Origin: Cyanobacteria bacterium J06623_4 | GTDB taxonomy: Bacteria; Cyanobacteriota; Cyanobacteriia; Phormidesmidales; Phormidesmidaceae | Assembly: GCA_038524545.1 (NCBI GenBank) | Contig: JBCBIK010000001.1 | Coordinates: forward strand, 39,001-103,000 | Length of the DNA stretch: 64,000 bases | Direction: 5' to 3' | Part shown: positions 8,414-18,618 of the stretch, one piece after another | Position numbering within the stretch: position 1 is the first letter of the stretch | Layout: each line of letters starts with the position of its first letter | Position numbers and translations under genes: made by a program | The notes under the pieces: generated by a model | Seen by the model: the letters and a program-made list of their open reading frames with translations, nothing else | The model's database searches: none | What the model was told of the DNA's origin: nothing

Positions 8414-11400
8414 ATGTCACATGCCGATTTTTCGTCACATCCCAATCTTTCAGAAGAATTCTTAGCCAAAATTGCCAGTGCTAAGCGTATTTCGAAGGGA
8501 GAGCTGGCTGCGCTGAAGCTGGCGCTTCTCAACCGAAAAAGTAAAGATATCGCCGAACAATTGGGCATTTCAGAGGCGGCAGCGCGTAAACGCCTCGGCG
8601 AAGTGTACAAAAAGTTTGAGATTAAAGGCAGGGGACCTGGCAAGCTTGCCTCTCTGGAGCAATACCTCATCTCACAAGCGACGGATCTGGGCAGTCAGCC
8701 GCTTGATGAGCGGGTGGCTGCTTCTGTGAAGGTGATGAAGCGCTCGAATCGGCAGTTTTCATCAGTTGCGATCGCACCCAAAGACCAAGGCGATGTGCCC
8801 GACCTCACCCAGTGGAGCGAACCCGACGATTTGTCGGGCTGGCCGGGCAAGCTCCCCGACAGTCCTAAGCTTGAAACGCTATATCACTGGCACAATGCCC
8901 CTACGCTGAGCCTGTTTCAGGGCAGGCGGGACGAACTCAAATTTCTCAAGCGTTGGGTTCTAAAAGCGACCCACTCCTACAAGCTGTTGGCCATTTGTGG
9001 TATCGGCGGTATTGGTAAAACCTCTCTGGCGGCCAAATTGGCAGAGTCAGCAGATGGATACTTTCATCAGGTCGTATGGGTCACAGCAAAATCAACGCGA
9101 TCGCCAGCAGACTTTGTCCGTATGCTCCTAGATATTTTGCAGCCAGGGCAGCGTGCTCACGTGTCTGATGCAGATAGCGCGGTTCAATCAGAAGACCCTA
9201 TTCGAGATAGCTCATTTCAACAGCTTCTCCAACAGCTCTTATCCTGTCTTTCTGAGCAGCGCTGTCTGGTTGTGATTGATGGATTTGAGACTGTTTTTAG
9301 AAGCTATCAAGCAATCAGAACAGCGGACGAGGTTATCGATGTTGAAAGCAGCGCTGTAAACAGCACGCTAACAGCTGCAACAGATAATGCGCTAGGCGTG
9401 TCGCCAGCAGAAGACAGACAGGTAAAAGATATACAGATAAAAGATTCGCAACCTGAGAACCTGCAGACGGAAGCGACACCGCTGGGCCGCACGTCAAGGC
9501 TTGCGACTTTGAGAAGTGGCAAAAGAACGCCAACCTTTGAATCGAGCCGACAACAACAGGCTAGCTTGTACAAAAGAGATCTTGAAGGGTATGGCGAATT
9601 GCTGAGAGCGCTTCAACAGCCCGCCCACCGATATCCAGAAGCCGGCGCTAGCTGCGTCGTTCTTACCAGTCGAGAAAAGCCGCGGGAGCTGCTTTCTGTT
9701 CCTGCAGAGAGCTCACTGGCCTACTTGTACACGGTGAACGGGCTGAGAGACCATGAGGCGGCGAGAATGCTGCGAAGCTTTCATCTAGAGGGCAAGGCGG
9801 CAGATTATCAAGACCTGATTGATCGCTACTACGGTCACCCAATGGCGCTGAGGCTGGCGGCCAACGCTGTAAAAGATATTTTTTACGGTCGGATTCGAGA
9901 CTTTTTAGAGCAGGAGATTTCTGTTTTTGACGATCTAAGAGGTGTTATCAAAACCCAGTTTAAGCGGCTTTCTGGGTTGGAAATTGAGGTGATGTATTGG
10001 CTAGCCATTAACAATACTCCCTGCGCTCTAGAAGATTTGCAGGCTGACATTGTCTCTCAAGACCATAAGAAAAATCTGCTGTATACGCTGCAGTCTCTAG
10101 AAAGGCGCTTCTTAGTGGAAGTAAAGCACCATGGCAGTGCGCTTTTTTCGCTGCATCCCATTGTGTCTGAATATGTGTTGACCCGGTTTATTCGTGAGAT
10201 TTTTGAAGATCTCATCCACGGAAATCTGACCCTGTTTAACAACCATGCTCTGTTGAAAGCGGATACGGAAGAATCTTTACGAGAGTTTCAGCGAGATGAG
10301 ATTGTTCGGCCAATTTTAGAGCGGTTGAGAAACTATTGTAAAAGTCTCTATCAGGTGGATGAGTATCTGAGTCATCGACTAGACTTTTTCCGTGATAACA
10401 ATCCCCATCGGCTGGGCTACGCCGGAGGGAATTTTGTGAATTTGATGGTGGAGCTGTCTCAGGGGAAGCTCTCTCGAAAAGACTTTTCTCAGCTGACGAT
10501 TTGGCAAGCGTACTTGCAAGGGGCGCAGCTGCGAGATGTGAACTTCAATAGCTGCGAGCTGAATCGTTCGGTCTTTACAGAAACGTTGAGCGACGTCATG
10601 GCGATCGCGCTCAGCAGCTCACAAAACCCGTCTGATTCACACAAGTCCCCCTTACTCGCCTGCGGTGATACTAACGGCACCGTTCATATTTGGCATACCC
10701 AGCTAGGCGGCACCCATAGCAGCCACAACAGCGGCCAAAAGCGCGCCGAATGGGCTGCCCACAGTGGCTGGGTACGTGCGGTGGCCTTTGTCCCGCATCA
10801 GCCTTTTTTAGTAACTGGGGGTGACGACAGCAAGCTTAAGCTGTGGCATTTACCTCCACTTAGCCAAGCACCGGCTACCCAGGCCAAACAGCTTTGGCAG
10901 CAGTCGTCTAAAGACTGGATTCAGACCATTGCCATCAGCCCAGATGGCCGCATCATCGCCAGTGGCGGAGAATATCAGATTACGCTCTACAAAGCGGGTA
11001 ATGGCCGGGAAATTTGTCGATTTTCTCACCAGGGTGACGGCGCTGAGGTGGGCAGTGCTTCTCAAGCCTATCGATCTTCTCAGCTGACGAAGCAGAGCCA
11101 AGTGCGATCGCTCACCTTTAGTCCGGACGGGCAGTGGCTAGTGAGCAGTGGGGATGACAATATCATCCGCGTGTGGTCGCTCGATACGCTGACCGCACAA
11201 GGGAAAAATCTCGAAAATAGCCAGGAACAACCAGCGCCCCCGGAACCGGCAAAAGAGCTGACCGGCCATACAGACTGGGTGCAGTCGCTGCAATTTACCC
11301 CAGATGGCAAATGGCTGCTGAGCGGCAGTCATGATGAAACTATTCGTGTGTGGGACTGGGCACAAAAAACCTGCGCTAAGGTTCTTCACCAGCCGAACGA

Positions 11401-12745
11401 CCATGTGCGATCGCTTGCGGTCAGTGCTGATAGTCAGTTTTTGGCCAGCGGCGGCGACGACTGTCAGGTCATGCTGTGGAACCTGAACAACTATCAGCTG
11501 CTGCAAACCCTCTCGACCCGCCAAAGCCGTATCTGGTCAGTGGGCTTTCAGCAGCAGCGGGATCGGCTGCTGCTCGCGGCAGGCGGCGACAAGCAAACGC
11601 TCATGCTCTGGCAAATTCACAAAAGTGAGATAAAGCCTGCAGCAGACGCGGCCTCAGATCATTCAGAACCTCCCATCCTGCGAGCGACGCCACGACGGGT
11701 GAAAACCTATCGCGGCTATACCAATGGCATTCGTTCGATTAGCTTTTTGGGTGAGCGCCGAATTATTGGCGGTGGCGACAGCCGCGACCTGTCGGTGTGG
11801 GACAGCCAGAGCGGTGAACTCAAGGCGAACCTGTCCTTGCATCAGGGCCGAATTTGGGCGATCGCAGTCGATTTTCAAAATGCGCGGATTGCCAGTGCCA
11901 GCGACGATCACACCATTCGCCTGTGGGATGCTAACACGGGGCAGTGCCTCACCACGCTGAGCGAGCACACCAGCTGGGTGAGGGCGATCGCCTTTAGCAA
12001 TCGGGGGCGCTTTTTGGCCAGTAGCGGCGACGACTGCACCATTCGCATATGGAATGCTGCCTCCGGCTTTTGCCTGAAGGTGCTGGAATACAGCACCCAC
12101 TGGATTCGGGCGGTTAGCTTCGACCCAAGCAACAGTCGCTATCTGGTCAGCGGTGGCGACGACCAGATTGTGCGGCGCTGGGATAGGAAGGAGGGCATTT
12201 GCCAATCGCTAGCCAGTCACGACCACCGCATTTGCTCGGTGGCTTACAGCCCGGATGGCCGCTACGTGGCCAGCGGTAGCGACGATAATACGGTGATTTT
12301 GTGGGATATGGAAACGGGAGAACAGTGCGATCGCTTCACCCCGAGCGAGCTTGGCATCAAAGCGGTGGCCTTTAGCCCAAATGGCCGGTATTTGGCAGCA
12401 GGCGGCGAAGACCAGATGGTGTACATTTGGGACTTGGCCTCACCCAAGAAATCCTGCTTCCGCCTGCGTCCAAGAGACTACTCCGGCTCAACCGGCGGCA
12501 TTCGCTCAGTTGCCTTCAGCCCCGACAGCCAGTGTGTGATCAGCGGCGGCCTCGATGAAATGATTCGCATCGGCGATCTGAGTGACCTGAAGCCTTCGGG
12601 CGTTTACTTTTTGAGACCGCTAATCCAGCATGATCGCCCTTATGAGAACATCAAAATAGAGTCTGTAAAAGGCCTCAGCGGTCTACAGAAAGCCAATCTG
12701 CTAACCCTGGGCGCCGTTGATAGGACAGCGTCTTTGCTATTGTAG
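8414..12745 (+). CDS. STAND NTPase: N-terminal LuxR/sigma70-r4-like HTH + NB-ARC ATPase + pentapeptide-repeat segment + about 14 WD40 repeats
   Basis: HTH: ELAALKLALLNRKSKDIAEQLGISEAAARKRLGEVYKKF. P-loop GIGGIGKTS, Walker B CLVVIDGF, then VVLTSRE and GHPMALRL. Pentapeptide-like segment LQGAQLRDVNFNSCELNRSVF. I counted 14 WD-type strand endings (HIWH, LKLWH, IRVWS, IRVWD, VMLWN, IRLWD, IRIWN and others). Confidence 0.9.
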   Translation: MSHADFSSHPNLSEEFLAKIASAKRISKGELAALKLALLNRKSKDIAEQLGISEAAARKRLGEVYKKFEIKGRGPGKLASLEQYLISQATDLGSQPLDERVAASVKVMKRSNRQFSSVAIAPKDQGDVPDLTQWSEPDDLSGWPGKLPDSPKLETLYHWHNAPTLSLFQGRRDELKFLKRWVLKATHSYKLLAICGIGGIGKTSLAAKLAESADGYFHQVVWVTAKSTRSPADFVRMLLDILQPGQRAHVSDADSAVQSEDPIRDSSFQQLLQQLLSCLSEQRCLVVIDGFETVFRSYQAIRTADEVIDVESSAVNSTLTAATDNALGVSPAEDRQVKDIQIKDSQPENLQTEATPLGRTSRLATLRSGKRTPTFESSRQQQASLYKRDLEGYGELLRALQQPAHRYPEAGASCVVLTSREKPRELLSVPAESSLAYLYTVNGLRDHEAARMLRSFHLEGKAADYQDLIDRYYGHPMALRLAANAVKDIFYGRIRDFLEQEISVFDDLRGVIKTQFKRLSGLEIEVMYWLAINNTPCALEDLQADIVSQDHKKNLLYTLQSLERRFLVEVKHHGSALFSLHPIVSEYVLTRFIREIFEDLIHGNLTLFNNHALLKADTEESLREFQRDEIVRPILERLRNYCKSLYQVDEYLSHRLDFFRDNNPHRLGYAGGNFVNLMVELSQGKLSRKDFSQLTIWQAYLQGAQLRDVNFNSCELNRSVFTETLSDVMAIALSSSQNPSDSHKSPLLACGDTNGTVHIWHTQLGGTHSSHNSGQKRAEWAAHSGWVRAVAFVPHQPFLVTGGDDSKLKLWHLPPLSQAPATQAKQLWQQSSKDWIQTIAISPDGRIIASGGEYQITLYKAGNGREICRFSHQGDGAEVGSASQAYRSSQLTKQSQVRSLTFSPDGQWLVSSGDDNIIRVWSLDTLTAQGKNLENSQEQPAPPEPAKELTGHTDWVQSLQFTPDGKWLLSGSHDETIRVWDWAQKTCAKVLHQPNDHVRSLAVSADSQFLASGGDDCQVMLWNLNNYQLLQTLSTRQSRIWSVGFQQQRDRLLLAAGGDKQTLMLWQIHKSEIKPAADAASDHSEPPILRATPRRVKTYRGYTNGIRSISFLGERRIIGGGDSRDLSVWDSQSGELKANLSLHQGRIWAIAVDFQNARIASASDDHTIRLWDANTGQCLTTLSEHTSWVRAIAFSNRGRFLASSGDDCTIRIWNAASGFCLKVLEYSTHWIRAVSFDPSNSRYLVSGGDDQIVRRWDRKEGICQSLASHDHRICSVAYSPDGRYVASGSDDNTVILWDMETGEQCDRFTPSELGIKAVAFSPNGRYLAAGGEDQMVYIWDLASPKKSCFRLRPRDYSGSTGGIRSVAFSPDSQCVISGGLDEMIRIGDLSDLKPSGVYFLRPLIQHDRPYENIKIESVKGLSGLQKANLLTLGAVDRTASLLL

Positions 12746-13081
12746 AGCGATTCAACAGATACAAATATAGAAAGAATAGAAAGAACAGCTCTCATTCAAA
12801 CCTTTACAGGGTTTCCTGAAAGGCACGCGATAAGAAGAAAAGACTGTTCAAGAAGAAAGAGAAGGTTCTTGAGAGACTGCGAGCGGCAGAGCTGGTAATC
12901 AAAACAAACAGTTTTCAACAACTCTAGAAAAAGAGACCCATTAGACGCGCTGGTATAAAAATGTTTGTGCACATTTTTCGTCTGCAAGCCTTAGACTGAT
13001 AGTGATTGGGACAGCGGGTGAAGTAGGGTTACTTCGCGATGCCAGTGTGTGTGATGGGTGGAAGATAATCTAGTTATATCC

Positions 13082-13411
13082 ATGAGTTCTGCGATTTTGA
13101 TGACTACTATTCGGGCAGCGTCTGCTTCGCCTTCAGCGGTTAAAGAGCGATCGCGAAGCGTCGTCAAAGAAAGATATCCTGACTACAAAATTATTGTGCT
13201 CAATGACGATTTCAATACCTTTGAGCACGTCGCAAAAACCCTGACCACCTACATTCCTGGTGTCAACAGCGACCAGGCCTGGGAGCTAGCCGATAAAATT
13301 CACAACGAAGGGCAGGCCATTGTGTGGGTGGGGCCGCTAGAGCAGGCCGAGCTGTATCACTCGCAGCTCATTCGAGCTGGATTGACGATGGCCCCTCTGG
13401 AGAAAGCCTAG
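13082..13411 (+). CDS. clpS: ATP-dependent Clp protease adaptor ClpS
   Basis: YKIIVLNDDFNTFEHVAKTL...QAWELADKIHNEGQAIVWVGPLEQAELYHSQL is the typical ClpS core. The ATG at 13082 is preferred over the track start 13058. Confidence 0.9.
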   Translation: MSSAILMTTIRAASASPSAVKERSRSVVKERYPDYKIIVLNDDFNTFEHVAKTLTTYIPGVNSDQAWELADKIHNEGQAIVWVGPLEQAELYHSQLIRAGLTMAPLEKA

Positions 13412-13427
13412 TCGGCTTTGGCAGTGC

Positions 13428-13793
13428 GTGAGGAGAAAGGCCAAAGGAAAAGCAGACAGGAAAAAAGCAGATAGGAAAGCAGACAAAACAGCGAACAGGG
13501 CTGCGAACAAATCGACGGGTGGCCGGGTTGTGATTACTCACTCTACTTACATTCCTGGATTGATTCCCCTACTCGAAAAGCTAGCCAAAATTCCTAAGAT
13601 TAAAACGATTACCCCGGCGGTGATTTCTCGGGTGAAGTCTAACGCGCCAAAGCTGCGGCTGAAGATTTCTGTGCCGATTACGGGTGGGCATAAGCTGATT
13701 GCGCGTCATCGCAAGTCGGCCCAGGAGGTATTTGTCATTACAGAGCTGAGTAAAGCAGAATTAGAAGCTGCGATCGCTCGCATTTTGTCTTAA
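13428..13793 (+). CDS. Hypothetical protein with lysine-rich N-terminus
   Basis: 121-aa ORF with a non-ATG start in the track. Its position and orientation fit the clpS-trm1 gene string. Confidence 0.5.
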   Translation: MRRKAKGKADRKKADRKADKTANRAANKSTGGRVVITHSTYIPGLIPLLEKLAKIPKIKTITPAVISRVKSNAPKLRLKISVPITGGHKLIARHRKSAQEVFVITELSKAELEAAIARILS

Positions 13794-13807
13794 GCTGCAG
13801 TCCACCC

Positions 13808-15016
13808 TTGCTAGAAAATTCCTCTGCTAACACCTGGCATACAGAAGGTGCGGCCCGGTTCTGCATCGGCGACGCATTTTTTCGAACCACGAGCCAGACC
13901 GGACGTGACCTAGCGGTGTTGGCCGCGATCGCACAGAGACACCACCCTGCAAACCCCACAAAAACCCTGCGGATTCTAGATGCCATGACCGGCTGTGGCG
14001 TTCGCCCGCTGCGCTACGTTTTGGAAGCGGAGGCTGATTTTGTCTGGGCCAATGAAGGCAATTGGGACCTGCGCGATCGCCTGCAGCGTAACCTTAGCGA
14101 TAGTCTGCCGAGCGATCGCTACTGCATTACTCACCAAGATGCCAACGCCCTCTTTTTTGACCGGCACCAGCATCAAGACTTCTACGACCTGATAGATATT
14201 GACAGCTTCGGCAGCCCTACCCCCACCCTGTCGAGCAGCCTATGGGCGATTCGGCTCGGCGGCCTACTCTACCTCACCAGCACCGATGGCCGCACCACCA
14301 GCGGACACGCCCCCGACAAAAGCCTGCAGGTTTACAGCGCCTATGCCCGCGCTCACCCAGCTGTCCACGAACAGGGCCTACGGCTACTCATCGGTGCAGC
14401 TGTCCAGCAGGCCGCAGCCAGAGGGCTTGCCGCCCGTCCTGTCTTTTGCTGGTACAGCGGCGAAGTCAACCGGGTCATGGTCCGTGTGACGCGGCAAGTC
14501 GCGTGGCAAACTGAGCACTACGGGTTTGTCGGCTACTGCCACAGCTGCGGTCAGTTCCACACTGTAGGCTGGAAAAAGCTTGGGCAAGGACTGCGCTGTA
14601 GCTGCAAAGCTGAAACCGCCCCTGTCATCAGCGGACCGATGTGGCTAGGTCCCCTACACAGTCTGGGCGATCTCGCCAGCATGGCCAGCATTGCCATAGA
14701 TAAAAGAGAAAAGGCACAACAAAACGCGGCTACCGACAACCCGTCTTACCCTAGGCAGATGATGATGGAAAACCGCTGGGCAACCTGTCACAAGCTACTC
14801 ATGTTGATGCAGGCAGAGGCTCACCAGCCACCCTACTACTATCCCCTCGCTGAAATTGGCAGACGCGGAAAAATGGACATTCCGCCAAAGGCTGCGCTGT
14901 TGGCAGCGCTGACACAGCAGGGATATCAGGCTACTGGCACCCACATCAACCCGCAGGCGATCAAGACGGATGCCCCTTTGGCGGTTTGCCTACAGCTTGC
15001 TCGCCAGCTGTCATAA
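13808..15016 (+). CDS. trm1: tRNA (guanine-N2)-dimethyltransferase, Trm1 family
   Basis: FYDLIDIDSFGSPTP, YLTSTDG and a Cys cluster (CHSCGQFH...RCSC) resemble Trm1-type SAM methyltransferases. The start codon is uncertain (TTG in the track). Confidence 0.75.
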   Translation: MLENSSANTWHTEGAARFCIGDAFFRTTSQTGRDLAVLAAIAQRHHPANPTKTLRILDAMTGCGVRPLRYVLEAEADFVWANEGNWDLRDRLQRNLSDSLPSDRYCITHQDANALFFDRHQHQDFYDLIDIDSFGSPTPTLSSSLWAIRLGGLLYLTSTDGRTTSGHAPDKSLQVYSAYARAHPAVHEQGLRLLIGAAVQQAAARGLAARPVFCWYSGEVNRVMVRVTRQVAWQTEHYGFVGYCHSCGQFHTVGWKKLGQGLRCSCKAETAPVISGPMWLGPLHSLGDLASMASIAIDKREKAQQNAATDNPSYPRQMMMENRWATCHKLLMLMQAEAHQPPYYYPLAEIGRRGKMDIPPKAALLAALTQQGYQATGTHINPQAIKTDAPLAVCLQLARQLS

Positions 15017-15131
15017 TTGGCCAACTGTCATAATTGACAAACACGTCGGAATCGGCAGTTTATACCGTGGAGATCACTTACTAGAGACTGCTCTTTCTCT
15101 AACCTCTCGAAACTTCTCACCCCCTATTGCG

Positions 15132-15878
15132 ATGAAAGCATTCTTAGTTGGACTGACCCTTGTGGCGGCTGCTGTTGGCGGTGGGCTGGGCTATGCCACC
15201 ATGCAAACCAACGGCACGTCTGGCTGGTATGGCACAGAAGATAGTGTGGCTGGAAGCCGCGCAGACACACCTCAGTCATCTACCGATGCACCGACTGCTA
15301 GATTGCCAACAGCTGACGCTACGGCAACAGACGAGTCTACGCAGTCAGTAGCGACTGGCGATAATGGGAACTTGAATAGCACTTATACGCCGTCTAGCAG
15401 TGATGTGGTGATTTCTGCTGGGGAGCTGAACCAGATGGTAACTGAGGCGATCGCAACTCAGCCTTACCTCGCCCCTGCCCTAGGCAATGCCAAGGAGGTG
15501 AAGACCACAATCGCCGACGGCAGGATAGAAAGCGGTATGGTGATGAACCTCTCAGAAATTCCGCTGGAGAGCTTGCCTGCGGAGGGCCAGCAAGCCATCG
15601 AACAAATCAACCAGACCTTTCCCTTCTTGGCGAACCGTGAGGTGTACTTGGGCATTGAGGGTAGCCCTCAAATTGAGAATGGGGCCTTTAGCCTGAGCGA
15701 TACCTATGTTCGCTTTGGTCAGCTAAAGCTACCGGTCGCCAGTGTGGCTAGTCAGCTTGGCATCTCTCAGACGGATATTGAGCAGCAGATTACGGGCGTG
15801 CTGTCCCAGCAGGGGCTGACGCCAGAAGACATCCAAGTTACCGACGGGCGACTTGTCATTACTGGCATGCCTCAATAA
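15132..15878 (+). CDS. Hypothetical membrane-anchored protein
   Basis: The ATG at 15132 (MKAFLVGLTLVAAAVGGGLG) avoids overlap with trm1. It has an N-terminal TM helix followed by a Ser/Thr-rich linker. Confidence 0.55.
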   Translation: MKAFLVGLTLVAAAVGGGLGYATMQTNGTSGWYGTEDSVAGSRADTPQSSTDAPTARLPTADATATDESTQSVATGDNGNLNSTYTPSSSDVVISAGELNQMVTEAIATQPYLAPALGNAKEVKTTIADGRIESGMVMNLSEIPLESLPAEGQQAIEQINQTFPFLANREVYLGIEGSPQIENGAFSLSDTYVRFGQLKLPVASVASQLGISQTDIEQQITGVLSQQGLTPEDIQVTDGRLVITGMPQ

Positions 15879-15926
15879 ACGTTCCTTTATCGGTAAACGT
15901 TTCTTCAAGCGCTCTTCGCTTGTGGT

Positions 15927-16265
15927 CTACTGCTCCTGGACGAGTCGCATGTAGTTTTGCTTGAGCTGAATGTTGCTTTCAGACATTTTGTCTGAGAGTT
16001 CTTTTTCGGCATCGCTGAGGGTTTGCCAGAAGGCGGCAGATCGCTGCGCTGAGATGAATTCTTCCCATAGCTGCTCTAGCAAGGGAGCTGTTGCTGGGCT
16101 GTCGGCCTGCACTTGAGCCAGTAATGCTTCGAACTGCGCAGTTGCCTGGTTGTACTGTTTACCTTCTTTGGCGAGTGCGATCGCGCCAGAAAGCGCCACA
16201 GTCAGCAAGCTAGGTTCCTTTGCTGAGGAGGCAGACGCCTTGGCAGAAGTATCGGAGTCAGACAT
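15927..16265 (-). CDS. Hypothetical protein
   Basis: 112-aa ORF, predicted helical. No recognised motif. Confidence 0.45.
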   Translation of the reverse strand: MSDSDTSAKASASSAKEPSLLTVALSGAIALAKEGKQYNQATAQFEALLAQVQADSPATAPLLEQLWEEFISAQRSAAFWQTLSDAEKELSDKMSESNIQLKQNYMRLVQEQ

Positions 16266-16385
16266 GATAAATCGTTAAGAAAGACCCTTTCATCATGACG
16301 CTGAACGCGCAAAAGTGACTCTGCCAAACTGTCGATCTTCGCTGGGCAGCGCCTTGAGCGGCAGAGCCCTTCAGTCGTAAATACT

Positions 16386-16967
16386 TCAACGGCAGTAGGT
16401 GGTGCATCCCCAGTGCCAGCTGTGAGGCAATCGAGGGCCGTGCCAGCCTCGTTGTCGCAGTTCCTTTGAAATCAGCTTATTGATACCGCCGTGGGCGACC
16501 AGCACCACAGACCCGTTTTGCGTGCCGCCTTCGAGCAGGTCTACGGCGACTTGGGCCCGTTGCCTAGCCCTGGCAAGCGATTCGCACCTTGAAGAGTAAC
16601 CCAGCCGCCACAACGTCAGGGCAATCACCGTCCAAGTCATAGCCGAAAAGCGAAAATGGCGGGGAAAATCTACAGGAAATTCAATTTCTCGAAACTGGGA
16701 ATCGATGATTGGCGTGGTGGACAGGCCTAGCAGCTCCGCAGTATGTGTCGCCCGAGGTCGGTTGCTCACAAAGACCCAGTCCGCCTGGGCCATCACCTGA
16801 CGTGCCAGGCGAGGTGGCTGCGCCTGCCGAGAAATCTTCGCGGCATCGTAGCGCTCTACAAACTGACGAAACTGATGGCCGCGAACCCGTTGGCTCAAAG
16901 ACACCGCAGGTGGGCCGTGGCGAATTAAGGTGATGGATTGTCTAGCTAATGCCATTCTTTTCAGCAC
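16386..16967 (-). CDS. Histidine phosphatase family protein (phosphoglycerate-mutase-like)
   Basis: ITLIRHGPP (RHG motif) and VLVAHGGINK (second catalytic His). Confidence 0.75.
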   Translation of the reverse strand: MLKRMALARQSITLIRHGPPAVSLSQRVRGHQFRQFVERYDAAKISRQAQPPRLARQVMAQADWVFVSNRPRATHTAELLGLSTTPIIDSQFREIEFPVDFPRHFRFSAMTWTVIALTLWRLGYSSRCESLARARQRAQVAVDLLEGGTQNGSVVLVAHGGINKLISKELRQRGWHGPRLPHSWHWGCTTYCR

Positions 16968-17171
16968 ATAGCAGCGCTCTTGAGATCAGTCAATACTCCT
17001 AAAGTATCCGATTCGAACTGGGATCGACATCAGCCATAACACTACCTTTAGGAGTGAAAATACGATATTTTGCGGAAATTTCAGGACAAGACGCAACCGT
17101 ACGATCACGCCGCGTTGTGAGCAATCAGACGTTATGCCGTAAAATTTGCATCAAGAATTTATAGAACATTT

Positions 17172-18218
17172 ATGGTTAGCGCAATTTCTCCTAGCTCCGC
17201 TCCCGCTTTTCAGCAAACAGATCGAACAGCCGCTGCAAAGGCGGATTGGCAAAAATTGGCAGATAAGGCGCTGGCAGGAGAATTGCTATCTCAGTCGGAG
17301 GCGCTAGCCGTGCTACAGGCCCCCGATACGGCCCTACTCGCTCAGCTAGCAGCCGTCTATCGAGTACGCCATCACTACTGGCAAAACCGAGTGCGACTGC
17401 ACTTTTTGCTCAATGCGCAGAGCGGTCTGTGCCCCGAAGACTGCCACTATTGCTCACAGTCCAAAATTTCTGGCGCAGAGATTGAAAAGTATCCCTTGAT
17501 GACGACCGAAAAGATCGTCGCTGCCGCAGGCAGAGCCCATGAGTTGAATGCAGGTACTTTCTGTATGGCGATATCGGGCCGCAGCCCTTCAGAAAAAGTG
17601 TTCGAAGGGGTCCTAGATGCTGTGCGTGCAGTCAAGGCGCAATACCCCATGAAGGTGTGCACCACACTCGGCCTACTCGATGAGCAGCAGGCCCGGCAGC
17701 TCAAGTCTGCAGGCGTCGACCGCATCAATCACAACCTAAATACAGCTGAGGCCCACCACGCTGACATCTGCACCACTCACACCTACCAAGACCGGCTCAC
17801 AACCGTTCAAGCCGTGCAGGCCGCCGGGCTCACGACCTGTTCGGGCGGTATCTTTGGCATGGGAGAATCCGACGCTGAGATTGTAGATCTGGCGCTTTCA
17901 CTGCGCGATCTGAACGTGACGAGCGTGCCACTCAATTTTTTGATCCCGATTCCGAATACGCCATTTGAAGCGCGCAATGAGCTGACACCCCAGCGCTGTT
18001 TGCGAATTTTGTGCCTGTTTCGGCTGTTGCTACCACAGCAGGAGATTCGGATTGCTGGGGGAAGAGAGGTGCATTTGCGATCGCTCCAACCCCTAGGTCT
18101 ATATGCTGCCAACTCTATCTTTGTAGGCGACTACCTGACCACTTCCGGACAGCCAGCACAGAAAGACTTTGATATGATTCGTGATGCGGGGTTTGTGCTT
18201 GAGAAAGCGACGGCTTAG
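17172..18218 (+). CDS. bioB: Biotin synthase
   Basis: Radical-SAM [11 protein letters not shown], plus CTTLGLL and [10 protein letters not shown] typical of BioB. 348 aa. Confidence 0.93.
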   Translation: MVSAISPSSAPAFQQTDRTAAAKADWQKLADKALAGELLSQSEALAVLQAPDTALLAQLAAVYRVRHHYWQNRVRLHFLLNAQSGLCPEDCHYCSQSKISGAEIEKYPLMTTEKIVAAAGRAHELNAGTFCMAISGRSPSEKVFEGVLDAVRAVKAQYPMKVCTTLGLLDEQQARQLKSAGVDRINHNLNTAEAHHADICTTHTYQDRLTTVQAVQAAGLTTCSGGIFGMGESDAEIVDLALSLRDLNVTSVPLNFLIPIPNTPFEARNELTPQRCLRILCLFRLLLPQQEIRIAGGREVHLRSLQPLGLYAANSIFVGDYLTTSGQPAQKDFDMIRDAGFVLEKATA

Positions 18219-18618
18219 CCATCCCGTTAGTCATCCTACGCGCCACCTAGAAGATACAAATTAGCAGAACACGGCCAGAAAAGCCGCAACCGGAGAGGCA
18301 CGTAGCGATATAATAGGGCCACCATTTAGGGTTCGTAAAAAAAGACACTACGTAATTCATTGTGTATCGAATCTGTCTACAGTCTGCCCGTGTCGGCATC
18401 AGCTGAGTTCGGCTGCATGTGCAACTAAAAGGCTGACTTAGGCGTCATTGCATACAACTCCGGCGCCGAACATAACTTGTGATGTTCGGCACCTGTTAAA
18501 GCGCCAGTACTGAGGTGGCTGCTCAGTAAGTGTCTTCTCTCAGCAGATCTGCACCTAGCTGCCGCTCATTACAGACCTAGCTTTATCGCGATCGCATATC
18601 ACCCACGTTTCCGCCGCC

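Noticed and set aside
17005-17035. A TTCGAA-containing segment resembling a tRNA T-loop (minus strand: CCCAGTTCGAATCGG).
   Set aside because: The flanking bases do not form a T-stem, and no acceptor or anticodon arms can be drawn. I found no tRNA in the window.
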